Source of the DNA: Amoebidium appalachense
Lineage: Eukaryota; Protista; Ichthyosporea
Assembly: GCA_963693365.1 (NCBI GenBank)
Contig: CAVNZM010000002.1
Coordinates: forward strand, 4,790,259-4,854,258
Direction: 5' to 3'
DNA: 64,000 nucleotides
Shown here: positions 59,941 through 64,000 of the stretch, in pieces
Layout of the letters: each line of letters starts with the position of its first letter
How positions within the stretch are numbered: position 1 is the stretch's first letter
Made by a program: the position numbers and the translations under genes
Notes under the pieces: model-generated
Databases searched by the model: none
What the model saw: only the letters and a program-made list of their open reading frames with translations
What the model was told of the DNA's origin: nothing

Positions 59941-61125
59941 TCAAAGAGCAACATAGGGGGGTTGTGCCTTCCCACACTTTTCCACCAGTCTTTCGACGTG
60001 GCTCCCTGCACGCTCAATGACTTGGTTCTGGTGCACCTGCAGGTCGTGGTAGCCGTAGCCCCTTATCTCGGCATCATACGGGTCCACAACAGAACTCTCG
60101 GCCACACCCAGCAGCGCCTCAACCACACGCAGCCCGCAATAAGGAGTCTGGCAGGGGTTATAGCCCCCCTCGTGAAGCATCATGATCTTACCCGAACATA
60201 ATTCCTCCGCCAATTCAACCATTTTTTGCGCCATTATTCCGAATGTGGAGGATGAGAGCATCATAGTGCCGAGGGGGTCAAGCGCACCTGCGTCGAACCC
60301 ACACGAGATGAGAATTATGTCTGGCCTGAAGGCACGGATTGCAGGCAGAACCACGCGGTCCATCACCGCAAGGTAGCCCCCATGGCCCGTGCCTGGGGGA
60401 AGGGGGATGTTGATGTTGTAGTCTGTGCCTGCACCCTCGCCCACGTCCGTGTATGCGCCCGAGTTTGCCGGGTAGAGGTTGTCCTGGTGGATGGAAAGAA
60501 ACAAAACATCGCTACGGTCGTAGAAGGCCTGCTGGGTGCCGTTGCCATGGTGCACGTCCCAATCCACTATCGCCACCCTGCGTGCCCCGTGATCGCTTAT
60601 TGCCGCCAAAGCCGTAAGCGCAATGTTGTTCAACAAACAGAATCCTCTGGCCATGTCTCTCTCTGCGTGGTGGCCAGGTGGCCTCACCAAACAGTACGCA
60701 TTCTTTATCTCCCCACTCATAACCCTATTCAGAGCCTCCAAACAGCCCCCCGCCGAGTACAACGCGATGTCGTAGGAACCACGCCCTACGGGTGCCACCT
60801 CACCTCCTTCCCCACCAGTCGTATCGCTCAAATGCTTTATCCGGTCGAGGTATTCCTTGGTGTGGAACCGTTCCACCTCTGTGCGTGTGGCCGCACGTGA
60901 CTTGATCTGTACCACGTGGTCGAGTGTTCCGGACACTGCCAGAAGGCTGTGGATTCTCGTTTTGGACTCGGGGCTCTCGCAGTGGTGCCACTGCTGCACA
61001 TATACTCCCCGTGTGGGGTAGAGGGCGGAGAGCTCGGAAATGGCGTGGGTGCCTGTGTCGTGCCAACCATAGCGTTCATCCCACACGTAGCCTGTGCGGC
61101 TCACACTGTCGAGGTTTGACGCCAT
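59941..61125 (-). CDS. Intronless class II histone deacetylase-like amidohydrolase (bacterial HDAH-like), 394 aa
   Basis: Single ORF with RPPGHHA, GFCLLNNIA, DWDVHHGNGTQ, SIHQD, NINIPLPPG, SCGFDAGALDPLG and HEGGY motifs. Confidence 0.95.
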   Translation of the reverse strand: MASNLDSVSRTGYVWDERYGWHDTGTHAISELSALYPTRGVYVQQWHHCESPESKTRIHSLLAVSGTLDHVVQIKSRAATRTEVERFHTKEYLDRIKHLSDTTGGEGGEVAPVGRGSYDIALYSAGGCLEALNRVMSGEIKNAYCLVRPPGHHAERDMARGFCLLNNIALTALAAISDHGARRVAIVDWDVHHGNGTQQAFYDRSDVLFLSIHQDNLYPANSGAYTDVGEGAGTDYNINIPLPPGTGHGGYLAVMDRVVLPAIRAFRPDIILISCGFDAGALDPLGTMMLSSSTFGIMAQKMVELAEELCSGKIMMLHEGGYNPCQTPYCGLRVVEALLGVAESSVVDPYDAEIRGYGYHDLQVHQNQVIERAGSHVERLVEKCGKAQPPYVAL

Positions 61126-61537
61126 GTTTTAAATGTGTTGAGTGAGTGACTGCTGGAGTTAGTGGTGAAAAGAAGGATTGATCGTAATGTGGGTGGACTA
61201 GAGCGGGCCCGAAGTTGAAGTCCTTGCATGCAAGCGTGGTTCTCAGTTCTGGGTATGGAACCCCATATTTACAAAACGGTTTTTTTTTGTGCTCTGAACG
61301 TTCTGGCTCCATGAAAAAACAAACAAAATTGCACCGAGCCCCTCACTGAGCCTCGGTTCCGCAAGAACCAATAGGAGTGCGATAATCGGCCGATTGCGCA
61401 TTCTTTCCTTTCATTTATTGAGATTCCGATCGCGAGACTCGAATTTTGAAAGTATTTATGCTTTCCCCTGCGTCTCTTTCCTTTTTTTTTTTTTTTTTTT
61501 GGTGGGGAGAGGGTGGGGGGGGTGGGGGGGGGGGGGT

Positions 61538-61753
61538 TTTGAATGCGTTAAAAAGTACGAAGTACACAAGAACAAACGGATAACACGATGCAGAATGCAA
61601 GCCATACATAAAGAGTATGCATAATAAGCAGAGCCCATCCTCAGGGGGGGCCCACGTCATCCACAGTACCCGAGTTTCGACCTATTCCCCTCGTTAACGA
61701 AACCCAACTCAGATACTGTTTCACTTGAACATGAGTAGGTCACCCGTCTTGAT
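61538..61753 (-). mobile_element. SINE-like repeat, subfamily A, 5'-truncated copy
   Basis: Near-identical reverse complement of ~4757-4972; poly-G on both flanks. Confidence 0.85.
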
Positions 61754-61755
61754 AT

Positions 61756-61786
<31 letters not shown>

Positions 61787-61801
61787 GGTGGTGGTGGTGG
61801 T

Positions 61802-61843
<42 letters not shown>

Positions 61844-62010
61844 GAGAGAGAGAGATTCAATCATTCAGATTTATGAACATGTAGGACAGGTTCTACTTCG
61901 AGAAGAGGGTCGTACTGGGACGCATCGTGTGGAGCGAATTCGAGTGGGGGGGGATACTTGGAGCATAATGCCTGGCCGTATACCGCCTTGAGCTTGAGCT
62001 TGAGCTTGAG

Positions 62011-62048
<38 letters not shown>

Positions 62049-62269
62049 GGGGGGGGGGGAGGGGGGGGGGAGAGAGAGGGGGGGGGGGGGAGAGAGAGAG
62101 AGAGTGTGTGTGTGTGTGTGTGTGTGCGTACGAATTAATATTGGTGTGACTGTCTGTGTGTGTGTGTATACGTGGGCATGTGTCGTACGCGTGTGTAGCT
62201 GTGTGCACGCACGTGTGTGCGTGCGCCGACGTTTGTGATGTGACGGCGCTTAGTGTGGGGGTGGGGAAA

Positions 62270-62313
<44 letters not shown>

Positions 62314-62512
62314 GGACCTGTAGCCTTTGAAAAACTTAACAAAGCCATTTGGGTCGAAAACTGCCTCTTTATTATTTATTTTTGAAAGATTATCGCATAT
62401 TCTAGATTACAAGTTCATATCTTGCGTTGGAAACTTCATGTTGGGCGAGTCAAAGCAAAAAAAAAGGCACAGCCAACCTCGATTGTTCCAGACCATTCCC
62501 GACAGTCCAGAT

Positions 62513-62655
62513 TTAGTTTCTGAAGTAGCTGGCCAGGCCGACCAGCATACGGTGTGCCTGGGCAAGGAAGGTGGCCTGCTCCTCACAGGCGGAGGGCTTG
62601 GGCCCCGTGTAGGTCTTGCAGAGGAACCCAACGAAATCGGACATGGCGGCATTCT

Positions 62656-62719
<64 letters not shown>

Positions 62720-63810
62720 CAGGGGGGGGGGGGGGGGAAACAGGATTGAGTATAAATCTAACGGGATAATGTATTGTCCGATATGTCTGCACACGTTTGG
62801 CTGATGATTGGGATAGCTTGTTTGTCTATCTGGTATAGATCTTAAAGCACATAATCGAACACATAATCTCATGTAATTTGTCCTCCCACCTTTTTTTGCT
62901 TTTGTTTTTTCAAACCCTTTACGTGTACCATGATCTGTGCCGCCAAAAACGTACCTGTGTGGCCTCGGAGGCATCACCGTTGATGACCAGCCAAGGTACC
63001 CAGCGGTGGGGGGGGTTGAGTGCGTTGGTGCGATCGGCATTGGCCTGGTGGATCTGCTTGCCCTGTGATCGCGGATTGGGGAAAATGTTGGTTTTTGGTT
63101 GCATTGTGGAAGATTGGCAATTGCATGAGGGAGATAGGGAGAATCGGGCCAAAAAAAAAAAAAAAAAGGGGGGGGGGGGGGGGGGGGGGGAAGAATGAAT
63201 GGTGCTCGTGGAATCTTATGACACCTTATAACACAATCCGCGCATACTATTGTTTTTTATCTCTTGTGTTTGTGTTGTTTACAGATGAATGGACCAGGTG
63301 TATGAACAGCAACTGCCACACGTTAAGCAGCAATAGCCTTTTTCCTTTACATCTGTTGTGTTGTTAACTTACAGTATACATATGACATAAATGCAGACCA
63401 TCTGTCATAAATACGTGGCCAACTCGCACGACGGACAAAGTAGCGAGAAGGGGAAGAAGGCCAGGGGGAGGGGAGGGGGGGAGGGGGGGGGGGGGGGGGG
63501 GTTATAGAAACAGAGAGAGAGATCGACGGGGGGGGGGGGGGGGGGGGGGGGGGACAGCGGAAGAGAGAGAGAGAGAAAGGGAACATGGGAAAATAATGAG
63601 GAGGAAAAAATGGGGTATATAGCCGGCCAACTATAACTCCAAATCACGCACCTTATCAGATGATGCGCAATCACCGATTGGCTTGTAGTTGACTTTAAGG
63701 TTCTTGGCACAGGCCGGGCCAGCACTTGCAGGGTCACCGGGGTTTGTCTCCTCCAGACACGACACATAGGGGAACCACGAGTTGTTGGGCAGAAGGTTGA
63801 TGGCACAGCC
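62513..63810 (-). CDS. IFI30: GILT/IFI30-like lysosomal thiol reductase, last three exons (5' part beyond window end)
   Basis: Exons 63810-63652, 63062-62955, 62653-62513, all phase 0, GT-AG. Translation GCAINLL...YVSCLEE...IGDCASSDK/GKQIHQANADRTNALNPPHRWVPWLVING/...FLCKTYTGPKPSAC matches the GILT C-terminal Cys pattern and PH.(Y/W)VPW..NG motif. Confidence 0.85.
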
Positions 63811-63962
63811 CTAAAATGGGGCAAAAAAAAAAAAAAGAAGAAGAAGAAGGAAAAGGAAAAAAAGAAAGGAAGTGGGGGAAGACGAGGAGGAGGAGAGAGT
63901 GAAGAATAGAGGGGGGAGGGGGGGGGGGGGGGGGGGGGGGGGGGATGTGTGTTTGTGTTCTA

Positions 63963-64000
<38 letters not shown>

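Overview
Eukaryotic, intron-rich genomic DNA saturated with poly-G/poly-C tracts and (CA)n/(TG)n microsatellites; most ORFs in the supplied track are translations of these repeats. The gene set (exomer ChAPs subunit, selenoprotein GPx, GILT) suggests a unicellular opisthokont such as an ichthyosporean, which is inference only. Eight genes could be assembled by hand with frame-consistent splice junctions: a 5'-partial ChAPs/Bch1-Bud7-like gene (+), an intronless C2H2 zinc-finger gene (-), a BAR-SH3 gene (-), a selenocysteine glutathione peroxidase with in-frame TGA, a clear SECIS and an ER-retrieval-like C-terminus (+), a bacterial-type malate synthase G with about 10 introns (-), a GPI-anchored alpha carbonic anhydrase with a probable GC-AG intron (-), an intronless bacterial-like class II HDAC/amidohydrolase (-) and a 5'-partial GILT thiol reductase (-). 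The most unusual signals are (1) a young, structured, 5'-truncated SINE-like family that sits inside poly-C tracts and is always sense to the host gene, and (2) 3' splice sites made of (CA)n-AG with no polypyrimidine tract, often with (GT)n at the 5' end of the same intron. Also present: two MITEs, a foldback element, a CCAAT-containing minisatellite and a probable decayed L1/Tx1-type LINE.
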